The notes: a model not told the origin generated them from the letters alone. A DNA stretch of 64,000 nucleotides from Acidimicrobiia bacterium (GCA_031385545.1 JANNBN010000018.1:33463-97462); one strand, 5' to 3'; shown: positions 17,916-28,344, counted from the stretch's first letter. Translations and numbers: made by a program.

Positions 17916-20429
17916 TCAGCTGCGCATGCGGCTACCCGACGGGTCGAACAGCGGCTCGTGTTGCAGGTGTGCAACGCGACGTTCGCCGATGATCTCGATC
18001 TCGAACCCCTCGGTCCCCTTCTCGGCGAGCGCCGCCGGGATGTAGCCGAGCGCGACCGATTTTCCCACGAAGTGTGCAAATCCTCCCGACGTGACCCAAC
18101 CGACGACCGTTGCGTTGCCGTCCGTGTCGGTGTGCCACACGGGCTCGTCCCCGATCACGTCGGCGGCATCGGCGCCGTCGGCAACGTCGACGACGAACGT
18201 GACCAGCCGACGATCTGGCCCCTTCGCGAGTTCAGCTTCGTGCGCAGCCCGTCCGATGAACTCGTGGTCCAGTTTCACGTAGCTCAGGATGCCGGCTTCG
18301 AGCGGTGTATAGATCGGGCGATACTCCCGGTACCAGGTACCGAAGCTTTTCTCCAGGCGGAGCGACAGCAACGCGCGAAGTCCGAAGAGCCGGATGCCGA
18401 ACTGCTCGCCGGCCTCCATGATGCGGTTGAACAAAGCGAGTTGGTATTCAGGAGCAACCCACAGCTCGTAGCCCAGGTCGCCGGAGTAGGTCAGGCGACC
18501 GCACATGGCTGGGATCATGCCGAACTCCAGTTTGCGGAACGACATGAACGGGAACGCCTCGTTGGACACGTCGGCATCGGTGACCTTGGCGAGCACCTTG
18601 CGGGCATTCGGCCCTGCGATCGACAGACCGGTGAGACTCAGGCCCCGGACAACGAACTGCACGCTGCCGTCGGTCGGCAGGTGATGCATGAACCAACGCG
18701 AGTGATGAACCTCGGCCGGAAGCGAACCGAAGAGGAAGAAGTGATCCTGCGCCAGGCGCGCAACGGTGAACTCGCCTTCGATACGGCCGCGGTGGTTGAG
18801 CATCGCGGTGAGCGCGACCTTGCCGACCTTTGGCATGCGCTGGGTCAGCAACGTCGATAGCCATGCCTCGGCGCCCGAGCCGGTTACTTCGTACTTGGCG
18901 AAGTTCGACACCTCGGTCAACCCAACGCGCTCGCGGACCGCCTTGCACTCCTCGCCAACAACGGGAAATGCGTTGGACCGCTTGAACGTGACGTTCTCGA
19001 CAGGCTCTTTGCCCGTGTCCTGGAACCACAACGGAGCCTCGAGACCGGCTGCTGCGCCCCACACCGCGTTTTCTTGCGACTGACGCTCGTACACCGGGGT
19101 GGTGAGGAGCGGCCGGCCAGCCGGGAGTTCCTCGTTGGGGAACGTGATGCGGAACCGCCGCTGATAGTTCTCACGTGCCTTGAGTGCGGTGTATCCGAGC
19201 GTGGCGTAGTCGCCGTAGCGGGCGACGTCCATGCCCCAGATGTCCATTCCAGGGTCGCCTTCGGTCATCCAAGCCGCAAGCGCAAGCCCGACACCGCCGC
19301 CCTGTGACAGGCCTGCCATCACGCCGCACGCCGTCCAGAAGTTGCGCAGCCCCCGGACCGGGCCCACCAGCGGGTTGCCGTCCGGAGCGAACGTGAAGGG
19401 GCCATTGATGACGCGCTTGATGCCGATCTCCTGCAACCGCGGGTAGTGCTCGAACGCGATCCCGAGCGGTTTCTCGAGGCGGTCGAGATCGGGCGTCAAC
19501 AACTGAGCGCCGAAGTCCCAAGGCGTCTCTTTCGGCGACCACGGCACACAGTCCCATTCGTAGGAACCGAGCAGCATCGAGTCGCCCTCTTGCCGGAAGT
19601 ACGACTCGCCGGCGAAGTCGACCGACATCGGCAGCTCTTTGCCGTTCTTCTCTCGGTAGGCGACGATTTCTGGCATGTCCTCGGTGAGGAGGTACATGTG
19701 TTCGAACGCCAGCACCGGCAGCTCGATCCCAACCATCCGGCCAACTTCGCGCGCCCACAACCCTCCGGCGTTGACGACATGCTCGGCGTGGATCGTGCCC
19801 TTGTTCGTGTGCACGTTCCAGGTACCGTCGGGACGTTGCGTGAGTTCCTGCACCATGGTGTGGCGATAGACCTCGGCGCCACGGTTGCGGGCGCACAATG
19901 CGTACGCGTGGGTGACACCCGACGGGTCGACGTGACCTTCGTCTGGGTCGTACAGGCACCCGAGGAAGTACTTGGGATCCAGCAGCGGGTGCAGGTCGGC
20001 TGCTTCCTGCATGGAGATCATCTCCAGCTCCATGCCCAGGTACCGGCCGCGAGCCTGGGCCATCTTCAGCCAGTCGAGCCGCTCGGGAGTGTCGGCCAGC
20101 ATGATGCCGCCAGGTAGGTGGATGCTGCAGTTCTGCCCGGACTCAGCTTCGATGTCTTTGTACAGGTTGACGGTGTATTGCTGCAGCTTGGCAACGTTGG
20201 GGTCGCCGTTGAGCGTATGCATGCCGCCGGCCGCGTGCCACGTGCTGCCGTGCGTGAGTTCTTTGCGCTCAAGCAGCACCACGTCGGTCCACCCGGCCTT
20301 GGTGAGGTGGTACAACACGCTGGCACCAACGACGCCGCCGCCGATGACCACCACCTGCGTCGAGGACTTGATCCCGCTGTCTGAGCGATCGGGGAGGTCG
20401 TGGAGGATGGGGGTCTCTTGGACAGGCAT
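17916..20429 (-). CDS. GcvT-family FAD-dependent dehydrogenase (dimethylglycine/sarcosine dehydrogenase-like)
   Basis: VIGGGVVGAS, GSTWHAAG (covalent-FAD His), NGPFTFAPDGNP, TYSGDLGYE and SLRLEK motifs. Confidence 0.92.
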   Translation of the reverse strand: MPVQETPILHDLPDRSDSGIKSSTQVVVIGGGVVGASVLYHLTKAGWTDVVLLERKELTHGSTWHAAGGMHTLNGDPNVAKLQQYTVNLYKDIEAESGQNCSIHLPGGIMLADTPERLDWLKMAQARGRYLGMELEMISMQEAADLHPLLDPKYFLGCLYDPDEGHVDPSGVTHAYALCARNRGAEVYRHTMVQELTQRPDGTWNVHTNKGTIHAEHVVNAGGLWAREVGRMVGIELPVLAFEHMYLLTEDMPEIVAYREKNGKELPMSVDFAGESYFRQEGDSMLLGSYEWDCVPWSPKETPWDFGAQLLTPDLDRLEKPLGIAFEHYPRLQEIGIKRVINGPFTFAPDGNPLVGPVRGLRNFWTACGVMAGLSQGGGVGLALAAWMTEGDPGMDIWGMDVARYGDYATLGYTALKARENYQRRFRITFPNEELPAGRPLLTTPVYERQSQENAVWGAAAGLEAPLWFQDTGKEPVENVTFKRSNAFPVVGEECKAVRERVGLTEVSNFAKYEVTGSGAEAWLSTLLTQRMPKVGKVALTAMLNHRGRIEGEFTVARLAQDHFFLFGSLPAEVHHSRWFMHHLPTDGSVQFVVRGLSLTGLSIAGPNARKVLAKVTDADVSNEAFPFMSFRKLEFGMIPAMCGRLTYSGDLGYELWVAPEYQLALFNRIMEAGEQFGIRLFGLRALLSLRLEKSFGTWYREYRPIYTPLEAGILSYVKLDHEFIGRAAHEAELAKGPDRRLVTFVVDVADGADAADVIGDEPVWHTDTDGNATVVGWVTSGGFAHFVGKSVALGYIPAALAEKGTEGFEIEIIGERRVAHLQHEPLFDPSGSRMRS

Positions 20430-20530
20430 ACGGCTAGCAAGTATGCCCGCCCAATCTCACCGCATGTGAGCGGTTACCCAAAGGCCGCAAGATTCCGCTG
20501 TTTGTGCTGCGCTGCTGGCAAGCTGAAACG

Positions 20531-21145
20531 ATGACCCACCGAAACATCTCCGTCCACCCGACCGCAGAGGTCAGTCACGATGCAGTCATGGGTGACGGAA
20601 CCCACGTTTGGAACCACGCACAGGTACGGCCCGAGGCGCGTGTCGGTGCCAACTGCGTCATCGGTAAGGGCACATACATCGATGCCCATGTGGTCGTCGG
20701 CGACAATTGCAAGATTCAGAACCATGTCAGCGTTTTCCATGGGGTGACGCTCGAAGATGGTGTCTTCGTCGGTCCGCACGTCTGCTTCACCAACGACTTG
20801 CAACCACGAGCGATCAACCCGGACGGGTCACCCAAGGCCGCAGCCGATTGGGTGCTGACACGCACGCTGGTGAAGCGCGGCGCTGCTCTCGGTGCAAACG
20901 CCACAATCGTATGCGGAGTGACGATCGGCGAGTGGGCGATGATCGGCTCAGGTGCCGTGGTCACCAAAGATGTGCCGTCTCATTCCCTGGTGGTCGGCAA
21001 CCCAGCCCGCGTCATCGGCTGGGTCTGTGCGTGCGGCTCACGCCTCGGGGCAGAACCAACCGCCGACTCCCCCGTGTTATGCACCGCATGCACGACTAAT
21101 CGTGCAAGAAATCAGTCCCAGCCTCATAGTTCGAACGAGTTGTGA
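20531..21145 (+). CDS. Hexapeptide-repeat acyltransferase (WbpD/WlbB-like N-acetyltransferase)
   Basis: IGKGTYID, CKIQNHVS, FVGPHVCFTND and VVGNPARVIGWVCACG motifs. Confidence 0.88.
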   Translation: MTHRNISVHPTAEVSHDAVMGDGTHVWNHAQVRPEARVGANCVIGKGTYIDAHVVVGDNCKIQNHVSVFHGVTLEDGVFVGPHVCFTNDLQPRAINPDGSPKAAADWVLTRTLVKRGAALGANATIVCGVTIGEWAMIGSGAVVTKDVPSHSLVVGNPARVIGWVCACGSRLGAEPTADSPVLCTACTTNRARNQSQPHSSNEL

Positions 21146-21160
21146 CGCAGCGTCGGCGGT

Positions 21161-21826
21161 TTACTTGCTGGCGAGTGCGACGTACAGGTTGGAACCGAGG
21201 TCACTGCCTACAGCAACCGCACGCTGACCAACCTGCAGCGACACGGACCCATCAGGTGCACGGGTCGACACCAACGCTTCGGTGCCGGTGATGAACTCGT
21301 TCTGGCTGAGATACATCATCGCGGCGTTGTCGATCTCGACGGTTTCGGTGACCCGCTCCAGGCGGATGTATGAGCCCGAGGGCACCTCGGAGAGCTTGAC
21401 GAGCTTCGTAGTCACCGGCCTGGTGCCCGGGATGGGGTTGCCGTGCGGGCAGGTATTGGGGTCGTCGAGGATGATGCGCAGACGCTCTTCCACCTCGTCC
21501 GAGATGACGTGCTCCCATTTGCCGGCTTCGAGGTGGGCCTTGTCCCACGGAAGACCGATGACGTCGGTCAGCAGTCTTTCGGCCAACCGGTGCTTGCGTA
21601 CAACGCTCTCGGCGACCGACTTTCCCTCGGTGGTGAGACTGAGTGTGCGGCCCGACTGGGTGACGTAGCCCTTGGCGGCCAGCCGTTTGATCATCTCAAA
21701 CACCGACGGCGCGCTGTGGCCGAGCCGCTCGACCAGGCGCGCCTGAATCACAGTGACGCCGTCTTCGGCGAGTTCGTAGATCGTGGTGAGGTATTCCTCG
21801 ACCGGCGGGTGGTATTCGTCAGCCAT
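21161..21826 (-). CDS. DtxR/IdeR/MntR-family metal-dependent regulator with FeoA-like C-terminus
   Basis: EEYLTTIYEL, RKHRLAERLL, EAGKWEHVIS and TCPHGNPIP motifs; start at the ATG at 21826. Confidence 0.93.
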   Translation of the reverse strand: MADEYHPPVEEYLTTIYELAEDGVTVIQARLVERLGHSAPSVFEMIKRLAAKGYVTQSGRTLSLTTEGKSVAESVVRKHRLAERLLTDVIGLPWDKAHLEAGKWEHVISDEVEERLRIILDDPNTCPHGNPIPGTRPVTTKLVKLSEVPSGSYIRLERVTETVEIDNAAMMYLSQNEFITGTEALVSTRAPDGSVSLQVGQRAVAVGSDLGSNLYVALASK

Positions 21827-21893
21827 GTCGGACGTCAGGCTACTGGAAAGGCGCTCCAACCGAACTCGCAATCGGACTTTCCGAAGCACCCAA

Positions 21894-22056
21894 CTCCCAC
21901 CGCCAACGTTGACCCCCACGCAACCGGCTCCCACCACCAACGTTGACCCCCACGCAACCAACGTTGCGAAACCGGGCTCGTTTTCGACGGTTTCGCGCAG
22001 GCGTTGGTTGCGGAACACCGCACGTTGGTTGCTGAGAGCCCAACGTTGGAGAAACC
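21894..22056. repeat. CAACGTTG-family nested inverted-repeat element, copy B
   Basis: A 34-bp-period direct repeat (21894, 21928), then gcaaccaacgttgcgaaaccg paired with cggtttcgcgcaggcgttggttgc, then two more CGTTGG units resembling the right arm of copy A. Confidence 0.8.
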
Positions 22057-22186
22057 GGGCGGACGTGCGCCACTTGACAGGTTCCGCTTGGTTTCAGCGG
22101 CAGGGCAAGCGTGTTGGCAATACCGAGGAAGCCGTCAACAAGCCACGCTGTTCTTTGTGACGCACCGTGGTTGCAGACCCGCGGAA

Positions 22187-23806
22187 TCAGTTCACGCGGC
22201 GGGTATGACCGGCCCAGAAAGGCTCGCGCAGGTCCTTCTTCAGCACCTTGCCGCTGGGGTTGCGCGGCAGCAGGTCGATGAAGTCGACCGAGGTCGGACA
22301 CTTGTACCCGGCCAAGCGTTCCTTGGCGAACGAGATCAGTTCGGGCTGAGTTGCCGAGTGCCCAGCGCGCAACACCGCAATCGCCTTCACCGTCTCTCCC
22401 CACCGTTCGTGGGGCACCCCGATGACCGCGATCTCGGCGATCGCCGGATGCGAGGCCAGCGCATTCTCGACTTCAGCCGGATACACGTTCTCGCCGCCAG
22501 ACACGATCATGTCCTTCACACGGTCGGTGAGGAACAGGAAACCCTCGGTGTCGACGTATCCGGCATCTCCCGTCTTGAGCCAACCGTCGGCATCGATGGT
22601 TTTCGCGGTTTCCTCAGGTTTGTTCCAGTAGCCGATCATGTTCTGCCGCGACCGCGTCCAGACCTCGCCCACTTCTCCGACTGCGCACACCTTGCCAGAC
22701 TTGCCGGCCTTGCCAGACTCGCCGGCCTCGCCCGACTCAACGTCCATGATCTTCATCTCGACCCACGGATAGGGGCGACCAGCCGAACGCAACAGGTGTG
22801 CCCGCGGTCCGGTGGGGTCATGGTCAGCAGCATCGAGCTGCGTGAACCCTCCGGTGGTTTCGGTCATCCCGTAGACCTGCACGAACGGCACCTTGAACAC
22901 GGCCATCGCGGCGAGCAACGTGTCGTTGGTGATGGGCGATGCCCCGTACACGATGCGCCGCATCGACGAATAGTCACGGTCTTCTGCTTCGGGGACCATC
23001 GACATGAACGCCAGCATTGCGGGTACGTACAGCGCGTTGGTGGCCTGGTGTTGGACCATGAGGTCCAGCACCACGTTCGGCACAAACTCCCGGACGATCA
23101 CCGACTTGCCCCCGAAGAACATGCCCACCATCGCCCAGCCACAGCCACCGATGTGGAATAGCGGCATCGCCACCATGTTCACCGAGTCGCCGTCGAACTG
23201 CCAATGGGCTGCGACCTCTTCGTACAGCGTGAACATCGAGGTATTGGCCAGCATCACACCCTTCGGAAGGCCGGTGGTTCCGCTGGTGTACAGCTGCATC
23301 GCGACGTCACCGGGGGCCGAGCCGACGCCAGGGTCGACCGTCGATCCTGAACCGACAACGTCCTCATATGACGGCCACCGCGGATGGTCGCCGATCGCGA
23401 TGATGGTGCTGACGGTCGTCAGTTCGCTTTCGATCTGCTCGACGATGCCGAAGAAGTCCGGCCCGACCACGATCACTTGCGCCTGTGCGTCGTTGATGGT
23501 GTAGGCCAACTCCGGCGGAGCCAGCCGCCAGTTGACAGCCACGATTACCGCGTTCAGCTTGGCACCACCGAAAGCGGTCTCGAAGTACGCCGGCCCGTTC
23601 TTGTCGATGAAGACCACACGTTCTTGGTTTCCAACTCCTCGCGCAGCGAGCGCATTGGCCAACCTGCTGGATCGCTCATCGAGTTCTCGCCAGGTTATGG
23701 AGCGACCCTCGAAGATCATCGACGTGGCATCGGGGGTTTGCACACCCCACTTGCGGATGATCTCGGCCGTGCACGTGGGCCGGTCAGTGCCCGACTCGGC
23801 GTTCAT
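22187..23806 (-). CDS. Long-chain fatty-acid--CoA ligase
   Basis: YTSGTTGLPKG, YGMTE, WLKTGDAG, SGGENVYPAEVE and LPRNPSGKVLK motifs; start at 23806. Confidence 0.93.
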   Translation of the reverse strand: MNAESGTDRPTCTAEIIRKWGVQTPDATSMIFEGRSITWRELDERSSRLANALAARGVGNQERVVFIDKNGPAYFETAFGGAKLNAVIVAVNWRLAPPELAYTINDAQAQVIVVGPDFFGIVEQIESELTTVSTIIAIGDHPRWPSYEDVVGSGSTVDPGVGSAPGDVAMQLYTSGTTGLPKGVMLANTSMFTLYEEVAAHWQFDGDSVNMVAMPLFHIGGCGWAMVGMFFGGKSVIVREFVPNVVLDLMVQHQATNALYVPAMLAFMSMVPEAEDRDYSSMRRIVYGASPITNDTLLAAMAVFKVPFVQVYGMTETTGGFTQLDAADHDPTGPRAHLLRSAGRPYPWVEMKIMDVESGEAGESGKAGKSGKVCAVGEVGEVWTRSRQNMIGYWNKPEETAKTIDADGWLKTGDAGYVDTEGFLFLTDRVKDMIVSGGENVYPAEVENALASHPAIAEIAVIGVPHERWGETVKAIAVLRAGHSATQPELISFAKERLAGYKCPTSVDFIDLLPRNPSGKVLKKDLREPFWAGHTRRVN

Positions 23807-25461
23807 GCGCTGAGAACCGTGATCACACCCGTTCCCCCGTCGATGCGGATCATCGCGCCGTCGGGGATACGCCTGGTGGCGTCGGTCGCACTGATGACGC
23901 ACGGGATACCCAGCTCGCGGCTGACGATGATCGCGTGGCTGAGGGGAGCGCCCACGTCGACCACGACACCCGCAGCCGGAACGAACAACGGTGTCCACGA
24001 CGGATCGGTGATCGGCGCAATGAGGATGTCGCCGGGCTCAAGTGCAGACGGATCGTTCGAGTCAAGGATCACTCGCGCCCGACCCTCGACAACACCCGTG
24101 CACCCCGGCATGCCTGCGAGCACGTCACCGGTGGCCAACTGATCCATGGCCGAGGTGTCACGCGACGGCCAGGTGTGCGGGTCTGAGGTTCCGTCGAACA
24201 CGAAAGCCGGTGCCATATCGCACAGCTTTGCGTATTCGGCGCGGCGGCTTCGGACTATGTCGGTGCACGACTTTGGGTCGGCGAGGAACGCCGGGTACTC
24301 CTCACGGGTGACGAACCCGAAGTCCTCGATCTCGTCGAAGGCACCGCATGCAACCATTCGGGTACCGAGCTCGCGCAGGACGATACGGATCTCGTGGAGG
24401 TGCCGGATGTTGTTCGTCTTGCTGCGCTCACGGCCCGGCAGCCATGCGCCGGTGGCTGCGATACCCGCAGCGAGTTGGCCGTGCGTTGCCGGATCCCCTT
24501 CGACCATTGCGAGCAGGGTAGCGGAAGCCTCGGTGCGTTCAGCAGCGCGCTTAGCACTCATGCCCGCCGGGTTCTGCTCGTCACCGGCTGGTCTCATCTG
24601 CGTTATGGCAGAGAGGGCGAGAGCGGGGCGCGTCTCCCACGTCGGCGACCGGGACTCCCATTCGTTCGGACCCCGCGAACCGAAGTCGACGAGGAACTGG
24701 TCGAACGCCACATCGAACTCGGCCGACCCCGCTGGCAAACGAGACATCGCCCACATGGCGTGGCTCGGCGCAGCCGAGTCAACCTCGCCGATGCCCGCAA
24801 TAATGGGCAGAATCAGATCGGGTCGGCCAACAGCGGTGGCCACCGCCGAAATGATGCCGACTGGAACGGTCGCCATGTACGTGGTGAAGATGTGCTGGCA
24901 GAACAGTTCCTGATGCTTGGGCAGCAGGTCCTCGACTCTTTGCCACAGCTGTTCGTCGGTGAAGGTCGAATAGTCAGGTCGGGCCGCACGGAGCGCAATC
25001 GTCTCGTTGCGATGGCGGGTGAGGTCTTCGAGATCACCAACGGTGTGTTTGCCAAGTGCCCATACGAATGTGGCACCGATCTTTTCAGTGAGGTCTGGCC
25101 GCTGGTCACCGGGCTGTTCGGCGTAGGGCGGGATACCGGGTTGCGCGCCGAAGAACTGCGCGTCCATGTCCTGCCACGTGAGACCCGGGGCACGCTCACC
25201 GAAGATACGGATCAGCGATGCGTTGAGATAGCAGTAGCCACCGAGCACGCCGAGCTGACAGAACTCGCCGTCGGGGAACTCGCCGAGGTCAAAAGCGCCG
25301 AGCCTCTCCCATGCCTCACGCCACCCAAGTTCCGCCTTCCAGAGCAGCGACCCCGAGCTGAGCGGCGTCACCGGATCGGGGAACACCTCGCCGACGTTGG
25401 CTCGGGTGTAGAGGGGAAAGCGCTCGGAGAGGTCGGTGTCGGTGACGTAGAAACGGGGCAT
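23803..25461 (-). CDS. PEP-utilising enzyme: central substrate-binding region plus His-swivel domain, no ATP-grasp
   Basis: TRANVGEVFPDPVTPL, FGSRGPNEWE, TDPSWTPLF and LSHAIIVSRELGIPCV motifs. Confidence 0.85.
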   Translation of the reverse strand: MPRFYVTDTDLSERFPLYTRANVGEVFPDPVTPLSSGSLLWKAELGWREAWERLGAFDLGEFPDGEFCQLGVLGGYCYLNASLIRIFGERAPGLTWQDMDAQFFGAQPGIPPYAEQPGDQRPDLTEKIGATFVWALGKHTVGDLEDLTRHRNETIALRAARPDYSTFTDEQLWQRVEDLLPKHQELFCQHIFTTYMATVPVGIISAVATAVGRPDLILPIIAGIGEVDSAAPSHAMWAMSRLPAGSAEFDVAFDQFLVDFGSRGPNEWESRSPTWETRPALALSAITQMRPAGDEQNPAGMSAKRAAERTEASATLLAMVEGDPATHGQLAAGIAATGAWLPGRERSKTNNIRHLHEIRIVLRELGTRMVACGAFDEIEDFGFVTREEYPAFLADPKSCTDIVRSRRAEYAKLCDMAPAFVFDGTSDPHTWPSRDTSAMDQLATGDVLAGMPGCTGVVEGRARVILDSNDPSALEPGDILIAPITDPSWTPLFVPAAGVVVDVGAPLSHAIIVSRELGIPCVISATDATRRIPDGAMIRIDGGTGVITVLSA

Positions 25462-25557
25462 CGTCGCACCCTACGAGACATCCTCGGGCTGTGCCAGCCG
25501 TCACAACAGATTCCTTGGGTTCGTTCTACGGGCGACCCTCGTCGTACATTCGCCGCC

Positions 25558-26793
25558 ATGGCAATCGACTTCTCGTTGACGCCCGAACTGGAAGAAATCC
25601 GGTTACGGGTCCGTACGTTCATTGACGAAGTCGTGAAGCCAGGTGAGCGTGCGATCAAGGACGGGCACCTCGACACCACCGACCGCAAGGCATATGTCGA
25701 TGTGCTGATGAGCATGCGAAAGGCTGCCTTCAAGACTGGTCTGTGGATGCCCCACATGCCGACCGAGTGGGGTGGGATGGGCCTGGGTCACGTACAGCTT
25801 GCGATGGTGCAGGCCGAGGCTGCTAAGTCCTCTTACGGACCGTGGGTGCTGAACTGCCAAGCCCCCGACGAAGGCAATATGCACACCCTGCTGCATTGGG
25901 GGACCGACGCCCAGAAGGAGAAGTATCTGCGCCCGCTGTGCGATGGCAAGACCCAATCGTGCTTCGCCATGACCGAGCCAGAGGTGGCCGGCTCGGACCC
26001 AACGCTCATTCGCACGCTTGCGGTCCAGGACGGCGACGAGTGGGTGATCAACGGCCACAAGTGGTTCATCTCCGGGGCCGAGCGCGCCTCGTTCGCCATC
26101 CTCATCGCTCGCACCGAAGACGACCCAGCGCTCCCCCAGGCAGCCAACACGGCATTCATCGTCGACATCCCGACAGAGGGGTGGATCAACAAGCGCCAGA
26201 TCTCCACGATGCACGGCGCTACGGGACACAACGAGATCGTCATCGAACACCTACGCGTGCATAACGACCACATGCTTGGCGGCCGCGGCCAGGGTCACCT
26301 GTTGGGCCAGTACCGCTTGGGGCCGGCCCGCCTGGCGCACTGCATGCGCTGGATCAGCCAGGCCGAGACAGCGCTTGACATGATGGTTGCCCGTTCGCTG
26401 GAGCGCTACAGCCACGGGTCCGTCCTCGCCGAGAAGCAAGGGATCCAGTGGATGATCGCCGACTCCGCGATGGAGATCTACCAGTCCAAGCTGATGATTC
26501 TCCACGCCGCCTACAAGATCGACCGCAAGGAGGATTTCAAGAGCGAGGTGTCGATGGCCAAGCACTTCGTGGCCAACACACTGAACCGAGTGATCGACCG
26601 TGCCATACAGGTGCACGGAGCACTTGGATACTCGAACGACACGCCGCTGGCCCACATGTATCAGCAGGCTCGGTGGGCCCGGTTCGCCGACGGAGCAGAC
26701 GAGATCCACCAGATGCGCATTGCCGAGCGGACGATTGCCGCCTACCGCGACAACGGCACAACCGCCGCCGCCACGGGCAACCTGCCCGTCTGA
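25558..26793 (+). CDS. Acyl-CoA dehydrogenase (ACAD10/11-like)
   Basis: NCQAPDEGNM, FAMTEPEVAGSD, INGHKWF, RLGPARLAHCMR and FADGADEIH motifs; start at the ATG at 25558, after TACATT. Confidence 0.93.
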   Translation: MAIDFSLTPELEEIRLRVRTFIDEVVKPGERAIKDGHLDTTDRKAYVDVLMSMRKAAFKTGLWMPHMPTEWGGMGLGHVQLAMVQAEAAKSSYGPWVLNCQAPDEGNMHTLLHWGTDAQKEKYLRPLCDGKTQSCFAMTEPEVAGSDPTLIRTLAVQDGDEWVINGHKWFISGAERASFAILIARTEDDPALPQAANTAFIVDIPTEGWINKRQISTMHGATGHNEIVIEHLRVHNDHMLGGRGQGHLLGQYRLGPARLAHCMRWISQAETALDMMVARSLERYSHGSVLAEKQGIQWMIADSAMEIYQSKLMILHAAYKIDRKEDFKSEVSMAKHFVANTLNRVIDRAIQVHGALGYSNDTPLAHMYQQARWARFADGADEIHQMRIAERTIAAYRDNGTTAAATGNLPV

Positions 26794-26812
26794 TACTGAA
26801 CACGAAACTGCT

Positions 26813-26886
26813 TGGAGGCGACGCCCGGAATTGAACCGGGATACGGGGCTTTGCAGGCCCCTGCATAACCATTCTGCCACGTCGCC
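26813..26886 (-). tRNA. tRNA-Cys (GCA)
   Basis: GGCGACG/CGTCGCC acceptor stem, GGGGC-CTGCAAA-GCCCC anticodon arm, TTCAA T-loop, U discriminator, encoded CCA. Confidence 0.97.
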
Positions 26887-26985
26887 CTGGCATGCCACCG
26901 GGTAAGCGGGGACACGACGGAGAGTTCACCCTAGCGGAACACGGTGCCGTTCACGGCACACGAAACAGCCGCGGGCAACGGTGCG

Positions 26986-28221
26986 TTACGGCTTGATCTT
27001 GGCGCCCTTCTGCACGATGACCACACCCTCGTCGGAGATGGTGAAGCCACGCGCCAGATCTGCGGCATGGTCGACACCGACGGTGACCCCCGGCGGAATA
27101 GTGACGTTCTTGTCGATGATGGCGCGGCGCACAATGGCACGAGGCCCCACCGTGACGCCCTGCATCAAGATCGAGTCATGCACCACAGCACCGTCGTCGA
27201 CGAAGACTCCTGACGAGGCAATGGTCCGTTCGACGTGGCCGCCCGAGACGATCGCTCCGTGACACAGCAGCGAGGCCGAAGCGGTGCCAGGTGCCCAACT
27301 GGAACCCTGCACAAGCTTTGCCGGTGGCATCGGCGAAAGGCTGGTGAATACCGGCCATTGCATGTTGTAGAGGTCGAACAACGGGTCCGGCGAGATGAGG
27401 TCCATGTTGGCGTGGTAGTAAGCGTCGATAGTTCCGACGTCGCGCCAGTAGCCACGGCCACGTTCGGTCTGGCCAGGAATGTTGTTGGTGTTGAAGTCGT
27501 ACCAATTGGCCTGACCGGTCTTGGTGAGGTTGGGAATGATGTTGCCACCGAGGTCGTGGGCCGACGTCTCGTCGTCTGCGTCGGACGCAATGGCGTCGAG
27601 GAGCACCTCGGTGTCGAACACGTAGTTGCCCATGCTGGCCAACACCATGTCTTCTCGGCCGGGCATCAGCGGCGGGTCGGTGGGCTTCTCATGGAACTGC
27701 ACGATGCGGTCGCCTTTGACTTCCATGATGCCGAACTGGTCAGCCTCGTGCTTGGGCACCGGGATGGCAGCAACGGTCAGCCCGCCGCCCATGTCGCGGT
27801 GCGCGTGCACCATCTGGCGTGGGTCCATGCGGTAGATGTGATCGGCACCGAACACGCACACGATGTCTGGCCGCTCGTCGTAGATCAGGTTGAAGTTCTG
27901 ATAGATCGCGTCGGCCGACCCGACGAACCACCGCGGTCCACGACGCATCTGTGCAGGCACAGGCGCCACGTAGTTGCCCAACTGGTTGGAGAACTGCCAG
28001 GTCTGGGCGATATGTCGGTCGAGGCTGTGGCTCTTGTACTGCGTGAGCACGACCATCTTGAGGTAGTTCGCGTTTGCGAAGTTCGACAACACGAAATCGA
28101 CCAGGCGGTACGTGCCACCGAAGGGCACGGCCGGCTTGGCACGATCGAGTGTGAGCGGCATCAGCCGCTTTCCCTCGCCACCGGCGAGGACCATCACGAG
28201 AACCTTGGGAGTCAACGACAT
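26986..28221 (-). CDS. glgC: Glucose-1-phosphate adenylyltransferase
   Basis: [37 protein letters not shown] and YWRDVGT motifs. Confidence 0.97.
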   Translation of the reverse strand: MSLTPKVLVMVLAGGEGKRLMPLTLDRAKPAVPFGGTYRLVDFVLSNFANANYLKMVVLTQYKSHSLDRHIAQTWQFSNQLGNYVAPVPAQMRRGPRWFVGSADAIYQNFNLIYDERPDIVCVFGADHIYRMDPRQMVHAHRDMGGGLTVAAIPVPKHEADQFGIMEVKGDRIVQFHEKPTDPPLMPGREDMVLASMGNYVFDTEVLLDAIASDADDETSAHDLGGNIIPNLTKTGQANWYDFNTNNIPGQTERGRGYWRDVGTIDAYYHANMDLISPDPLFDLYNMQWPVFTSLSPMPPAKLVQGSSWAPGTASASLLCHGAIVSGGHVERTIASSGVFVDDGAVVHDSILMQGVTVGPRAIVRRAIIDKNVTIPPGVTVGVDHAADLARGFTISDEGVVIVQKGAKIKP

Positions 28222-28344
28222 TCCTTGAAGCTACAGGGGAGACAGGGGCGGGAAACGCATGAACCCGACCGTACGAGAGGCACCGGGCGCTGTCCAGCCG
28301 ACTTGGCAAAAGTTGCTGGCAAACGTGGCTGATCCTGCTGCCGG

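Noticed and set aside
21894-22056. CRISPR-like appearance of the CAACGTTG repeats
   Set aside because: Units are about 13 bp with about 8-bp gaps and flip orientation around a centre, which does not fit repeat-spacer geometry.
23803-25461. Rifampicin resistance gene rph
   Set aside because: It lacks the ATP-grasp domain that RPH requires; only the swivel and central regions are similar.
24394-25557. Long N-terminal extension of the 799-aa acyl-CoA dehydrogenase ORF
   Set aside because: It is antisense to the PEP-utilising gene; the family sequence starts at MAIDF (25558).
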